From contig CAWDML010000009.1 of the NCBI GenBank assembly GCA_963803435.1, positions 1,056,001 through 1,120,000 on the forward strand: a stretch of DNA of 64,000 bases. Reading direction: 5' to 3'. The notes under the pieces are model-generated. The model was not told the DNA's origin. It made no database searches and worked only from the letters and a program-made list of their open reading frames with translations. The position numbers and the translations under genes were made by a program. The stretch is from an uncultured delta proteobacterium (lineage in GTDB: Bacteria > Myxococcota > Kuafuiibacteriia > Kuafuiibacteriales > Kuafuiibacteriaceae). Below, piece after piece: positions 16,369 through 27,115 of this stretch. The stretch's first letter is position 1; the number at the start of each line of letters is the position of its first letter.

Positions 16369-18246
16369 ACGCCGGCGCGACACGGCCAGCCACATCCCCG
16401 TCTTCGGCGGGATCGTCAGCTCGATCTTTCCCTCGGCGTTGGGGCCGGGGAGCTTCCGTGACGGGTTGATCAGATCGCGCAGGTGGTTGCCGTGGAGGGT
16501 GCGCGTGTCGAGCTCGACCTTTGCCGGCTCGTCACTGAAGTTGAACAGGCAGAGGGCGCGACGATCGCCGAGCGTGCGCGTGAAGCCGAGGATGTCCTCG
16601 TTCTTGACGTCCACCACCTTCAAGCGCCCGAGCGCGAGCTCGGTGCGGACGCGCCGCAGCGTGAGGAGGTTCTGGACGTAGTGGAGGAGTGAGCCCGGAT
16701 CCTTCAGCTGATCCTCGACATTGACGTCGGCAGGCGCGAAGGGCTTGGCCGTCAGGAGCGGCGCCGCCAGCTTCTCGCTCGGCGCGGTGGAGAAGCCGGC
16801 GTTCGGCGCGGTGCCGCTCCACTGCATCGGCGTGCGGACGGTGTGCCGGTCCGGAAGATCGAGGTTGTCGCCCATCCCGATCTCGTCGCCGTAATACATC
16901 ACCGGGCTGTCGAGCGAGAGCAGGAGCGTCTGGGCCAGGCGTAGCTTCTCCGGATCGTTGCCGAGCAGCGGCGCCAGCCGGCGGCCGATTCCGACGTTGC
17001 GTCGCGCCCGCGGGTCCTGGGCGTAGTGGGCGTACATCTCCGTGCGCACGTCATCGGTCACCATCTCGAGGGTGAGCTCGTCGTGGTTGCGCAGGAAGCC
17101 GGGCATCGAGCAGTCGTCCGGGATCTTCGGCTTGGTCGCGAGCACGTTGGTGAGGCCCATCGACTTGCCCTCGAACCCCTTGGCCGTCCCGGTGGCGAAG
17201 GCGGCGTAGATCTCCGGCATCAGGTTGAAGTCGTAGGCCATGTGGCACTCGTCGCCCTTACCGAAGTACTTGACGACGTCGTCGCGCGGCTGGTTGGCCT
17301 CGGCGAGGAGCGCGATCTTGCGGTCCGGGCTGCGCTCCTCGACGAACGCCCGCAGGCGCTTCACGAACGCATGCGTCTCGTCGAGGTTCTCGCAGTTCGT
17401 GCCGTCGCGCTCGACCAGATAGGGAATCGCGTCCAGACGGAAGCCGTCGACGCCCTTGTCGATCCAGAAGCCGAACACCCCGCAGAGCGCGTCCTGGACC
17501 GCCTCGCAGTCGAAGTTGAGATCGGGCTGATGCGAGAAGAACCGATGCCAGTAGAACTGCTTGGCCTGCTCGTTCCAGGTCCAGTTGGACCTCTCGGTGT
17601 CGACGAAGATGATCCGCGCGTCGGAGTACTTCCCGTCGTCATCGCTCCAGACGTACCAGTCGCGCTCCTTCGAGCCGGAGGGCGCCTCCACCGCGCGCTT
17701 GAACCAGGGGTGCTGATCCGACGTGTGGTTCAAGGCCACGTCCATGATCACCTTCATCCCGCGGGCGTGGGCTTCGTGGATCAGGTGCTGCAGGCTCTCG
17801 AGATCGCCGTACTGCGGGAGGGTCGAGAAGTAGTCGGAGACGTCGTAGCCGTCGTCCTTGAGCGGCGACTTGAGGAACGGGTTCAGCCAGATGCAGTCGA
17901 CGCCGAGCCACTGCAGGTAGTCGAGCTTCTTCCGGACGCCGTCGAGGTCCCCGATGCCGTCGCCGTTCGAGTCGCAGAACGAGCGAACCAGCACCTGATA
18001 CGTGACCGCTCTCTTCCACCAGGGCGCGCGGTCAATCGTCTCCTGCGCGGAAGCCTTCTTGCTACGCTGGAGCCACGCGCGACCGACCTGATCCGGGCCC
18101 GCGACCGGGTCGTGGGCCCGCGTGCGCGTCGCCGGGAGGTCGGGCGTGATCAGGCGGCGTCGCGTCCGTGCAGCGGGCTGCGGGGTGGGGCCATGGCCGA
18201 CGGTCGAGGTTTCGCCTTGGCCGGCGCGCAGCAGCCGCATAGGCAT
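16360..18246 (-). CDS. treS: Trehalose synthase / maltose alpha-D-glucosyltransferase (GH13)
   Basis: DSNGDGIGD, DDGYDVSD, NHTSDQHPWF, HRFFSHQPDLN, GFRLDA, AEANQ, FLRNHDELTLEMVT. N-terminal start uncertain. Confidence 0.9.
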
Positions 18247-18356
18247 GTTATCGAGCCGAAGAGTCGCGCGTTGCGCCGACCGTGGGAGGATGTAACCTGC
18301 CTAACAACTCTTGGTTTTGACCGGCTTTCTCCAACGAACTGGAGTATGGCCTCCCC

Positions 18357-19421
18357 ATGCCCTTGTATCGGGCGATCCGGCCGCTGCTGTTCGCGCTCGA
18401 CGCGGAGCGGGCCCACCATATGGCCTTGAAAACAGCGGCGTTCACCGCGCGCCACCCCTGGCTCCTGTCGGCGGTCCAGGCCGCGGTCGCGCCGCCGGCC
18501 GACCCCCGCCTCGCGCTCGAGGTCTTCGGGCTTCAGTTCGCGTCACCGGTCGGCCTGGCCGCCGGTCTCGACAAGGACGGGATCGCCATCGACACCTGGG
18601 CCGCCCTCGGCTTCGGGTTCGTCGAGGTCGGGACGGTGACCCCGGGGGAGGGCCAACCCGGCAACCCGAAGCCGCGGCTGGTCCGGATCATCCCCGACGA
18701 GGCGATCGTGAACCGGATGGGCTTCAACAACCGGGGCGCCGCTGCCCTGGCGCTGCGGCTCGGCGCGCGGCGGACCCGGATCCCGGTCGGGGCCAACCTG
18801 GGCAAGGCGAAGGCGACGCCGCTCGAGCGGGCGGCCGACGACTACGCCGAGACGCTCGAGGCGGTGGTCGGGGTCGCGGACTACGTGGTGATCAACGTCT
18901 CGAGCCCGAACACGCCCGGGCTCCGCGATCTCCAGGCCGTGAAGACGCTCGAGCCGCTCCTCGCCCGCGTGCTCGACACCAACCGGCAGCGGCGGCCGAT
19001 CCTTCTGAAGATCGCGCCCGACCTGGCCGATGAGGATGTGGATCGCGTGGCGGATCTGGTGGTGGATCTCGGTCTCGCCGGGGTGGTCGCCACCAACACG
19101 ACCTTGCGGCACGAGCTCCTCTCTCGCGCACCTTCGATCGAGGGCGGCGTCTCGGGCGCACCGCTGGCGCCGCGGGCGCTCGATCTGGTGCGTCGTCTCA
19201 AGCGAAGGGTGCGCGAGGTGCCGATCGTCGGCGTGGGTGGGATTCGGACACCCGACGACGCCTATCGCCGCATCCGGGCCGGTGCCACACTGATCCAGGT
19301 GTACACGGCCTTTGTGTATCGAGGCCCCGCACTGCCCGCGCGGATCGCCGTCGGACTGGGAGATAGGTTGGAGAGGGATGGACTCGGGTCGATCGCCGAC
19401 GCGGTCGGGATCGACGCTTGA
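18357..19421 (+). CDS. pyrD: Quinone-dependent dihydroorotate dehydrogenase (class 2)
   Basis: DAERAH, GLAAGLDK, NRMGFNN, NVSSPNTPGLR, KIAPDL and TNTT motifs. Confidence 0.96.
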   Translation: MPLYRAIRPLLFALDAERAHHMALKTAAFTARHPWLLSAVQAAVAPPADPRLALEVFGLQFASPVGLAAGLDKDGIAIDTWAALGFGFVEVGTVTPGEGQPGNPKPRLVRIIPDEAIVNRMGFNNRGAAALALRLGARRTRIPVGANLGKAKATPLERAADDYAETLEAVVGVADYVVINVSSPNTPGLRDLQAVKTLEPLLARVLDTNRQRRPILLKIAPDLADEDVDRVADLVVDLGLAGVVATNTTLRHELLSRAPSIEGGVSGAPLAPRALDLVRRLKRRVREVPIVGVGGIRTPDDAYRRIRAGATLIQVYTAFVYRGPALPARIAVGLGDRLERDGLGSIADAVGIDA

Positions 19422-19478
19422 GCTTTCGCGAAGCGACGAAGCGTGCGAAATAGTGCACGGATTTAGAGCGGAGCATTC

Positions 19479-20153
19479 GTGCAGTTCAACACCAGGGAGA
19501 AGGAGCTGACGCTCAAGATCGTCTACTACGGGCCGGCGTTGTCGGGGAAGACGACCAACATTCAGGAGCTTCACCAGATGTTGGATCCGACGGCGCGCGG
19601 GCGTCTCATGACGCTCGACACCAAAGGCGATCGCACCCTGTTCTTCGATCTGCTCCCGGTGCACTTCAAGACGCGCTCCGGCTTCAAGGTGAAGATCAAG
19701 CTCTTCACCGTGCCTGGGCAGGTGATGCACGAGTCCACGCGGCGGATCGTGCTCGCCGCCACCGACGCCATCTGCTTCATCGCAGACTCCCAGCGCTCGC
19801 AGCGCGCCACCAACAATGACGCCTACGCCGGGATGGTGGGAAACCTCCGCGCCAACGGCATCGACCCCGATCGCGTCCCCACCGTCATCCAGTTCAACAA
19901 GCGCGACCTCCCGGACGTCCTGAGCGACGACGAGCTCGCGGAGTACGCCAAGCATGGCAAGGAGCCCATCTTCCCCGCGGTCGCCATCCGAGGGGAGGGC
20001 GTCGTCGAGACCTTGAAGGGCTGCATGGCGCAGCTCTGGAACCGTCTGGAGGAGGAGCACGACTTCCAGCGCAAGCTGGGCATCACGCGCGACGAGTTCA
20101 TGAACGGGATCTTTCACACGGTGCGCGACACCAACCGGGCGGCCGAGAATTGA
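19479..20153 (+). CDS. MglA-like small Ras-family GTPase
   Basis: KIVYYGPALSGKTTN (G1), RTLFFD (G2), TVPGQ (G3), NKRD (G4): MglA-family signatures. No mglB adjacent. Confidence 0.88.
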   Translation: MQFNTREKELTLKIVYYGPALSGKTTNIQELHQMLDPTARGRLMTLDTKGDRTLFFDLLPVHFKTRSGFKVKIKLFTVPGQVMHESTRRIVLAATDAICFIADSQRSQRATNNDAYAGMVGNLRANGIDPDRVPTVIQFNKRDLPDVLSDDELAEYAKHGKEPIFPAVAIRGEGVVETLKGCMAQLWNRLEEEHDFQRKLGITRDEFMNGIFHTVRDTNRAAEN

Positions 20154-21631
20154 GCGGCGAGAAGCGAAGCGAGACGCGCGGGCTGCCGATCGTGGAGGAC
20201 ATCCAGATCGAGCGGCCGGCCGAACGGGGCTCGGCCATCGATCGCCAGTTCCCCCTCGCCGAGCTCCTCGACCTGTCCGCGTTCCGCGACGTCTGCGCCA
20301 GCTTCGTCGACCTCTACAAGATCGGCATCAAGATCTTCGACAGTGACGGCACCAAGCTGGTCGACATCCGCGTCGGCAACGGCGACTGGTGCGGCTACAT
20401 CTATCAGAACCCGACCGGGCGGCAGAAGTGCACGGCGCTGGTCACCAAGATCAAGCAGTTCAGGTACCCCGACCTCGAGGAGGGCGAGGTCGTGGAGCAG
20501 CTCTGCTTCTCGGGCCTCAAGTACGTGATCATGCCGATCCAGTACGGCGGCGACGTCCTCGGCCGCGTCATCTACGGTCCGTTCCTCCCGGCCACGCTCA
20601 CCAAGCCCGCCGAGGAGGTCTACAGCTTCGGCGACGGCTTCGATCCGGGCCGCCTCTGGCACTACGGAGACAAGGTCCGCCGCGCGCCGGACGAGACCAT
20701 CATGAAGATCATGGCGAACTTCCGGGGCGTGGTCGACACTATCACGTTCATCGCCATGAAGGCGCTGATGACCCAGAAGCTGCACCTGGAGTCGATCACC
20801 GCCAGCTACAACGACCTCTCGCAGGCCAACCAGAAGTTGCGCACTTCGCTGGAGAAGCTCCGCGAGCTCGACAAGCTCAAGTCGAACTTCCTGGCGATGA
20901 TCAGCCACGAGCTGCGGACGCCGCTGACCAGCGTGATCGGCTACTCCGAGATGATGCTCGAGGGCATGGCCGGCGACCTCAACCAGGAGCAGAAGGAGTA
21001 CGTCCAGACGATCAAGGACAAGGGCGAGAACCTGCTCCACCTGATCGGCATGCTGCTCGACATGTCCAAGATCGAGGCGAACGCGCTCCGGTTGAACCTG
21101 GGTGAGGTGGACGTCGCCAAGCAGATCGAGGTCGCAAAGTCGTACGTGGTCCCGCAGGCCACCAAGAAGGGCATCCGCGTCGTGATCCAGCCGGACGCGG
21201 ATCTTCCGCGGATCCCCGGCGACGCGGACAAGGTCCGCCAGGCGCTGATCAACCTGCTCGGCAACGCCGTCAAGTTCACGCCGGCCGGCGGCGAGATCCG
21301 CGTCAAGGCGCGGGCCTGGCTGGGCCAGCGGCGGTATACCGGCGAGCAGGGTCGCTTCGGACCGCCCGACGAGCGCTTCATCCGCATCGACGTGGAGGAC
21401 ACCGGGATCGGGATCCCCACGGACAAGCTGGCCCAGGTGTTCGAGAGCTTCTACCAGGTCGACAACTCGATCACGCGGGAGTACGGGGGCACCGGGCTCG
21501 GCCTCCCGATCGTCAAGCGATTCATCGAAGCGCATCGCGGCGAGGTCTGGGTCGAGAGCCAGGAGCGGCTGGGCACCGTCTTCACGTTGATCCTTCCGAT
21601 CGAGCGTGCCGAGACCGGCGAAGTCAGCTGA
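20150..21631 (+). CDS. Cytoplasmic histidine kinase with N-terminal PocR-like sensor domain
   Basis: H-box SHELRTPL, NLLGNAVKFT, DTGIGI, GGTGLGL; N-terminal Cys pattern (WCGYI, QKC, LCFSGL...PI...G) resembles PocR; no TM segment. Confidence 0.85.
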   Translation: MSGEKRSETRGLPIVEDIQIERPAERGSAIDRQFPLAELLDLSAFRDVCASFVDLYKIGIKIFDSDGTKLVDIRVGNGDWCGYIYQNPTGRQKCTALVTKIKQFRYPDLEEGEVVEQLCFSGLKYVIMPIQYGGDVLGRVIYGPFLPATLTKPAEEVYSFGDGFDPGRLWHYGDKVRRAPDETIMKIMANFRGVVDTITFIAMKALMTQKLHLESITASYNDLSQANQKLRTSLEKLRELDKLKSNFLAMISHELRTPLTSVIGYSEMMLEGMAGDLNQEQKEYVQTIKDKGENLLHLIGMLLDMSKIEANALRLNLGEVDVAKQIEVAKSYVVPQATKKGIRVVIQPDADLPRIPGDADKVRQALINLLGNAVKFTPAGGEIRVKARAWLGQRRYTGEQGRFGPPDERFIRIDVEDTGIGIPTDKLAQVFESFYQVDNSITREYGGTGLGLPIVKRFIEAHRGEVWVESQERLGTVFTLILPIERAETGEVS

Positions 21632-21709
21632 GCCGCCAGAATCGCCCGATTATCCCCGCGCGAGCCTTAGCTCGACATGAACACACGGTTTGGCTAGGTT
21701 GCCGCGCCG

Positions 21710-22450
21710 ATGGGCCCCCGCTATCAACGCGTCCTCCTCAAGCTTTCGGGCGAGGCCCTCGCCGGCGACGGGATGACGATCAGCCCGAAAGTCCTCGAGC
21801 ACATCGGGCGCGAGGTGAAGAAGGTCCACTCGCTGGGCGTTCAGGTCGCGCTGGTGATCGGCGGCGGCAACATCTTCCGGGGCGCCTCCATGGAGGCCCA
21901 GGGCATCGACCGGACCACGGGCGATTACATGGGGATGCTGGCGACCGTGATCAACGCGCTGGCGCTGCAGGACGCGCTGGAGAAGAAGCTCGATCTCCAG
22001 ACCCGGGTGCAGAGCGCGATCGAGATGCGCCAGATCGCGGAGCCGTACATCCCGCGGCGGGCGGTCCGCCACCTCGAGCAGGGGCGCATCGTCATCTTCG
22101 CCGCCGGCACCGGCAACACGCACTTCACGACGGACACGGCCGCCTCTCAGCGGGCGCTCGAGATCAAGGCGCAGGTGATCCTCAAGGGCACCAAGGTCGA
22201 CGGCGTCTACGACAAGGATCCGAAGAAGCACAACGACGCGCTCCGGTTCACGCAGGTCAGCTATCTCGACGCGCTCAACCGGGACCTTCGCGTCATGGAC
22301 GCCACCGCGATCTCGTTGTGCATGACCAACAAGCTCCCGATCATCGTATTTTCGATGGAAGAGCCAGACAACTTCTACCGGGTGGTGGTGAGCGAGGAGG
22401 TGGGGACGTTCGTCGGCAACTGCTCCACGGCCTTCGCCGAGCACCCCTGA
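21710..22450 (+). CDS. pyrH: UMP kinase
   Basis: [32 protein letters not shown] motifs. Confidence 0.97.
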   Translation: MGPRYQRVLLKLSGEALAGDGMTISPKVLEHIGREVKKVHSLGVQVALVIGGGNIFRGASMEAQGIDRTTGDYMGMLATVINALALQDALEKKLDLQTRVQSAIEMRQIAEPYIPRRAVRHLEQGRIVIFAAGTGNTHFTTDTAASQRALEIKAQVILKGTKVDGVYDKDPKKHNDALRFTQVSYLDALNRDLRVMDATAISLCMTNKLPIIVFSMEEPDNFYRVVVSEEVGTFVGNCSTAFAEHP

Positions 22451-22462
22451 GAGGATACGAAC

Positions 22463-23023
22463 ATGCAGGACGATGTCTTTGACGAAATGGAAGGGCGGTT
22501 CAAGGAGACCGTCGACTCCCTGTCGAAGGGGTTGGCGCGCATCCGGACCGGCCGAGCGAATCTGTCGATCCTCGACAGCATCCGCGTCGACTACTACGGG
22601 AGCAAATCGCCGCTGAATCAGGTGGCGACGTGCACGGTGGTCGATCCTCGGCTGATCACCATCAAGCCGTACGACAAGTCGCTGCTCCAGGAGATCGAGA
22701 AGGTCCTCCGGTCGGCGAACGATCTCGGCATCTCGCCCAACAACGACGGCGAGAAGATTCTGCTGCCGATCCCGCCTCTGACGGAGGAGCGACGTCGCGA
22801 GTTCACGAAGGTCGCGAAGGGGAAGGGCGAAGAGGCCAAGATCTCGATCCGCAACGCGCGACGCGACGCGAACGACATGCTCAAGGCGCTCAAGGACGAC
22901 GGCACTCTCCCCGAGGACGACATGAAGAAGGCGCTGGATCGGGTCCAGAAGGCCACCGACCAGTTCATCAAGAAGGTCGATGATATCGTCGGTAAGAAGG
23001 AGAAGGAGATCATGGAGGTCTGA
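22463..23023 (+). CDS. frr: Ribosome recycling factor
   Basis: IRTGRAN, PPLTEERR, IRNARRDA, KKEKEIMEV; follows pyrH. Confidence 0.97.
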   Translation: MQDDVFDEMEGRFKETVDSLSKGLARIRTGRANLSILDSIRVDYYGSKSPLNQVATCTVVDPRLITIKPYDKSLLQEIEKVLRSANDLGISPNNDGEKILLPIPPLTEERRREFTKVAKGKGEEAKISIRNARRDANDMLKALKDDGTLPEDDMKKALDRVQKATDQFIKKVDDIVGKKEKEIMEV

Positions 23024-23775
23024 TGCCCCGACCCGAGGAGCTGGCGCCGGGGCCGTTGCCGCGTCACATCGCGATCATCATGGACGGCAATGGCCGCTGG
23101 GCCGAGCTGCGCGGGTGCTCCCGCCTCGAGGGCCATGCCGAGGGCGCTCTCTCGGTGAAGGACATCGTCACCGCCGCCCGCGAGGCTGGGATCGAGGCGC
23201 TGACGCTCTACGCCTTCTCGGTCCAGAACTGGGGTCGGCCCGATGAGGAGGTCGACCACCTGATGGGGCTGCTCCTCGATTACCTCGCCACCGAGCGCTC
23301 CACGATCCTCGACAACGACATCAAGCTGCAGAGCATCGGACAGACGCACCGCCTACCGCTCGACGTGCAGGCCAGCTTGCGCAAGCTGCAGGCGGACTCG
23401 AAGGACAACTCGGGGATGGTGTTGACGCTGGCGCTCTCCTACGGAGGGCGCGAGGAGATCGTGGCGGCCTGCCAGCAGATCGCCGAGCGCGTGAAGGCGG
23501 GCGAGCTCGAGCCCGAGGCGATCGACGAGGCGCTGATCGATCAGTACCTGTTCACGCGGGATCTGCCCCCGGTCGATCTCTTGATCCGAACCAGCGGCGA
23601 GATGCGGCTCTCCAACTTCCTCCTCTGGCAGGTGGCCTACGCCGAGCTGGTGATCACCGAGGTGCTCTGGCCCGACTTCCGCCGTCCCAACCTGCACGAG
23701 TGCATCGAGGTCTACCGGAAGCGCGAGCGCCGGTACGGTCTCACCGGTGCCCAGGTCAGCGACGGCGAGGGCTAG
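23023..23775 (+). CDS. uppS: Undecaprenyl diphosphate synthase
   Basis: HIAIIMDGNGRWA, YAFSVQNW, IRTSGEMRLSNFLLWQ. Confidence 0.97.
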   Translation: MPRPEELAPGPLPRHIAIIMDGNGRWAELRGCSRLEGHAEGALSVKDIVTAAREAGIEALTLYAFSVQNWGRPDEEVDHLMGLLLDYLATERSTILDNDIKLQSIGQTHRLPLDVQASLRKLQADSKDNSGMVLTLALSYGGREEIVAACQQIAERVKAGELEPEAIDEALIDQYLFTRDLPPVDLLIRTSGEMRLSNFLLWQVAYAELVITEVLWPDFRRPNLHECIEVYRKRERRYGLTGAQVSDGEG

Positions 23776-23777
23776 CC

Positions 23778-24590
23778 GTGGGCGTTCGCATCCTGTCGGC
23801 GCTGATCGCGCTGCCGATCGCAGTCGCGTTGATCCAGTACTCGCCGGCGAGCTTCTTGATCCTGCTCCTCTTCGTGGCGGCCGTGTGCGTCTACGAGTTC
23901 ATGGGAATGACGCAGGGGCCGGATCCGATCGCGCGCTACGTCCTCACGGCAGTCGGACTGCTATTCGTGGCGGCGATCGAGACCGGCTTCCTGACGACGC
24001 CGATCCTGTGCGGCTTCCTGATCGTCGTGCTGATCTTCTTCCTCTTCCGCCCCGGTGAGATCGAGACGGTGGCGACCCGCGGCGCGCACGCGATGACCGG
24101 GATCCTCTGGGCCGGCGGCCTCCTGGGCGCGACCGGGGCGCTCCGCCTCCTTCCTCACGGCGAGGCGTGGCTGTACCTCGCGTGCGTGATGGCGTGGGGC
24201 AGCGACACCGGCGCGTACTTCGCCGGACGTCTCCTGGGAAAGCACAAGCTCTACGAGAAGGTGAGCCCCAACAAGACCTGGGAGGGCGCGATCGGCGGTG
24301 TGATCGTGGCGACCATGGGGGCCTTCCTCTTGATCTATTTGTATGGGGCGCCTTCCATCGCTCCGATCCATCTGGCCCTGATTGCACCGGCCGCTTCGGC
24401 GCTGGGGCAGATCGGCGACCTCGCGGAGAGCCTCCTCAAGCGATCGGTGGGCGTCAAAGATTCCGGGAAAATCATGCCGGGACATGGTGGCCTGCTCGAT
24501 CGGGTGGACGCGCTGATCTTCGCCGGGCCGGCCTTGCTCGCCTACGCCGTGCTGGTTCTCGATCAACCTCTGCGCTACTTCCGATTTTGA
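23778..24590 (+). CDS. cdsA: Phosphatidate cytidylyltransferase
   Basis: SDTGAYFAG, SPNKTWEG, GDLAESLLKR, KDSG..MPGHGGLLDRVD; GTG start at 23778. Confidence 0.95.
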   Translation: MGVRILSALIALPIAVALIQYSPASFLILLLFVAAVCVYEFMGMTQGPDPIARYVLTAVGLLFVAAIETGFLTTPILCGFLIVVLIFFLFRPGEIETVATRGAHAMTGILWAGGLLGATGALRLLPHGEAWLYLACVMAWGSDTGAYFAGRLLGKHKLYEKVSPNKTWEGAIGGVIVATMGAFLLIYLYGAPSIAPIHLALIAPAASALGQIGDLAESLLKRSVGVKDSGKIMPGHGGLLDRVDALIFAGPALLAYAVLVLDQPLRYFRF

Positions 24591-24606
24591 GCTAGGATCA
24601 CCCCGA

Positions 24607-26329
24607 ATGGACGCACCCTGGAGCGTGAGCCCGAGCTCGGTGGCCGCGTTCATCGCGTTCATCGGCATCCTCATCTTCGTTCACGAGCTCGGCCACTTCC
24701 TGGCGGCCAAGTACTTCAACGTGAAGGTGGTGAAATTTTCGCTCGGCTTCGGGCCGCCGCTGGTGGCCTTCAAGAAGGGCGAGACGACGTACCAGATCGC
24801 AGCGATCCCGCTCGGTGGCTTCGTCAAGATGGTCGGCGACAATCCGGCTGACGAGATCGCCCCGGAGGACGAGGCGCGCGCCTTCACCACGGCGCCGATC
24901 TACCAGCGAGCGGTGATCGCGCTGGCCGGACCCGCCTTCAACCTGATCTTTCCGGTCACGTGCTTCTTCGCCTACAACGTGCTCGGACCCAAGGTCGTCT
25001 CACCGGTGGTCGGACAGCTCGAGATCGGACAGCCGGCCGAGCGTGCGGGGCTCGAGACCGGCGATCGCATCGTGGCGGTCGACGGCGAGCGAGTCTGGAG
25101 CTTCAAGCGCTTGATCGAGCTGATCAGCGTGCGACCCGACGATCCGGTCACGCTGACCATCGAGCGCCAGGGCGAGCGGATCGAGAAGAAGGTCGTCCCC
25201 GAGGCGGTCCAGGACAGCAACTTCTTCGGCGCGCCCGAGGTCCGCGGGATCATCGGCGTCAGCCGCACGCGGGTCGGCTCCCGGATCGGTGTGGCCGACG
25301 CCGCCAAGAACCAGGGCGCGTTCGAGACGGGCGACCGGATCCTCGAGATCGACGGCAAGCCCGTGGAGATGGGGGAGGCGCTCGATCCGGCGTTCCGAGC
25401 TGCCGCCGGTCGGACCGTCGAGGTGAAGGTGGCGCGGCCGGACCCGCGGGCTGCCGGCGATTCTGTTGTACGCCGCCGCCGAGCGGCCCGTCACACTGAA
25501 GGTGCCGGTCCCGACCGGTGCGACCTCGATGGCGGACCTGGGGCTCGCCGAGTCGGAGGCGTTCGTCCGCGGCGTGGTGCCCGGCGGCGCGGCCGATCGG
25601 GCGGGCCTGCGCCCCGGCGATCGCGTCCTCTCGGTGGGCGGCCGCCGCATCCGGCTGTTCTGGTCGTTCCTCACCGAGGTCAAGCACGCCGGCCAGGATC
25701 CGGTCGACCTCGTGATCGAGCGGAACGGCGAGGAGAAGACGCTCACCCTGGTCAACGACGAGATCCAGTGCGAGCACGAGGTCACCAAGCAGTCGCAGAC
25801 CACGTACGACCCGGGCGTCGGCATCGGTCCGTTCGCGGCCGGCAGCCCCTGCCTTCAGCTCGACGCGCGCCTCCAGCTCTTCTCCCACTGGTCCTCGAGC
25901 GTCCCGCCCGAGATCGAGGACGCGCACCTGAGCGTGGTGGAGGCCCTGACCGCTTCGGTGCGGCAGACCGGCGAGGTCATCGGCTTCGTCGCCGTCGGTC
26001 TGTTCAAGCTGTTCTCCCGCCAGATCTCGATGGACAACGTGGGCGGCCCGCTCCAGCTCTTCAAGCTGGCGGCGCAGGCCGCCGAGGTGGGCGTGTTCGC
26101 GTACCTGCGGACGCTGGCGTTCATCTCGGTCAACCTCGGTCTGATCAACCTGCTCCCGATCCCCATCTTCGACGGCGGGCACCTGATGTTCTGCGCCATC
26201 GAGGCGGTGAAGCGCCGCCCGGTCTCGCTGCGGACGCGTGAGACCGCGGGGCTGATCGGGCTGGTGCTGCTGCTGGCGCTGCTGGTGCTGGCGCTCCGCA
26301 ACGACATCCTGAACCTCGGGATCTTCTGA
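24607..26329 (+). CDS. rseP: RIP metalloprotease RseP with three PDZ-like domains; apparent +1 frameshift near 25461
   Basis: HELGH and AGPAFN in the first frame; NLLPIPIFDGGH in the second. Removing one T at GATTC 25459-25463 gives a continuous ...AAGDLLYAAAERP... Confidence 0.9.
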
Positions 26330-26345
26330 GGCCCCGCCTCGCGTC

Positions 26346-27008
26346 ATGCTCCTGTGTATCGAGACCTCGACGCGCGCCGGGTCGGTGGCGCTGGTCGATC
26401 GGACCGGCGTCATCGACGAGCGCGTGCTGGCCGGCGATCTGGGCGCGGAGCTGGCGCCGGCGGTGCAGGCGATGGTCCCGGATCTCTCGGCCGTCGACGC
26501 GTATGCGATCTCGGTGGGCCCGGGATTGTTCACCGGGCTCCGCATCGGGATCGCGTTCATGAAGGGCCTCGCGGTGGTCCACCGGCGGCCGGCGGTGGCG
26601 GTGTCGACGCTGGCGGTGATTGCACGCCAGCTCGCCGACGCGCATCCGGAGGCGACGCTCTTCCTGCCGGTGGTCGACGCGCGGAAGGGCGAGGTCTTCG
26701 CGGCGCTCTACCGGCGCACCGACGGTCACCTCGCGCTCGATCCGCGGGTGCCGGAGGGCGTACATCGGTTCGATCAGCTGGCCACGATCGAAGGCGTGTG
26801 GTCCGCCGGTGCGCCGATCCCGGCCTGGGCCTCGGCCGATCCGGGCCAGTCCATCCCCCGCGCGTCCGTCGTCGGTCAGATCGCCCAGGCGAGCCTTCCA
26901 GGAAGCGCGGTGGATGCGCTCGGTGTGGAACCCGCCTACCACCAGCCGTCGGGCGCAGAGATCAACCGCGCACGCGGATCGGTCGATGTGCGGACCCGGT
27001 CGCGTTGA
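26346..27008 (+). CDS. tsaB: tRNA t6A biosynthesis protein TsaB
   Basis: CIETST, GPG[L]FTGLRIG, VSTL, DARKGEV; the conserved Ser of GPGSFTG reads Leu. Confidence 0.88.
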   Translation: MLLCIETSTRAGSVALVDRTGVIDERVLAGDLGAELAPAVQAMVPDLSAVDAYAISVGPGLFTGLRIGIAFMKGLAVVHRRPAVAVSTLAVIARQLADAHPEATLFLPVVDARKGEVFAALYRRTDGHLALDPRVPEGVHRFDQLATIEGVWSAGAPIPAWASADPGQSIPRASVVGQIAQASLPGSAVDALGVEPAYHQPSGAEINRARGSVDVRTRSR

Positions 27009-27033
27009 CTCGAACGGTGGGTATTCCTACTCT
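27005..27033 (+). promoter_or_regulatory. sigma70-type promoter
   Basis: TTGACT-N17-TACTCT upstream of the 27116 gene. Confidence 0.6.
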
Positions 27034-27115
27034 GTGATCGGTGCACGGGAGCGAGCCCCTGCAGCGAACCCAAAACAGAATCGACCTCGAGTCTCGAGGG
27101 AAGGAACGGTCGTAC

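Noticed and set aside
25459-25466. Programmed frameshifting or true pseudogenisation of rseP and lolC
   Set aside because: No slippery sequence is present, both genes are typically important, and the shared GATC context favours a sequencing artefact.
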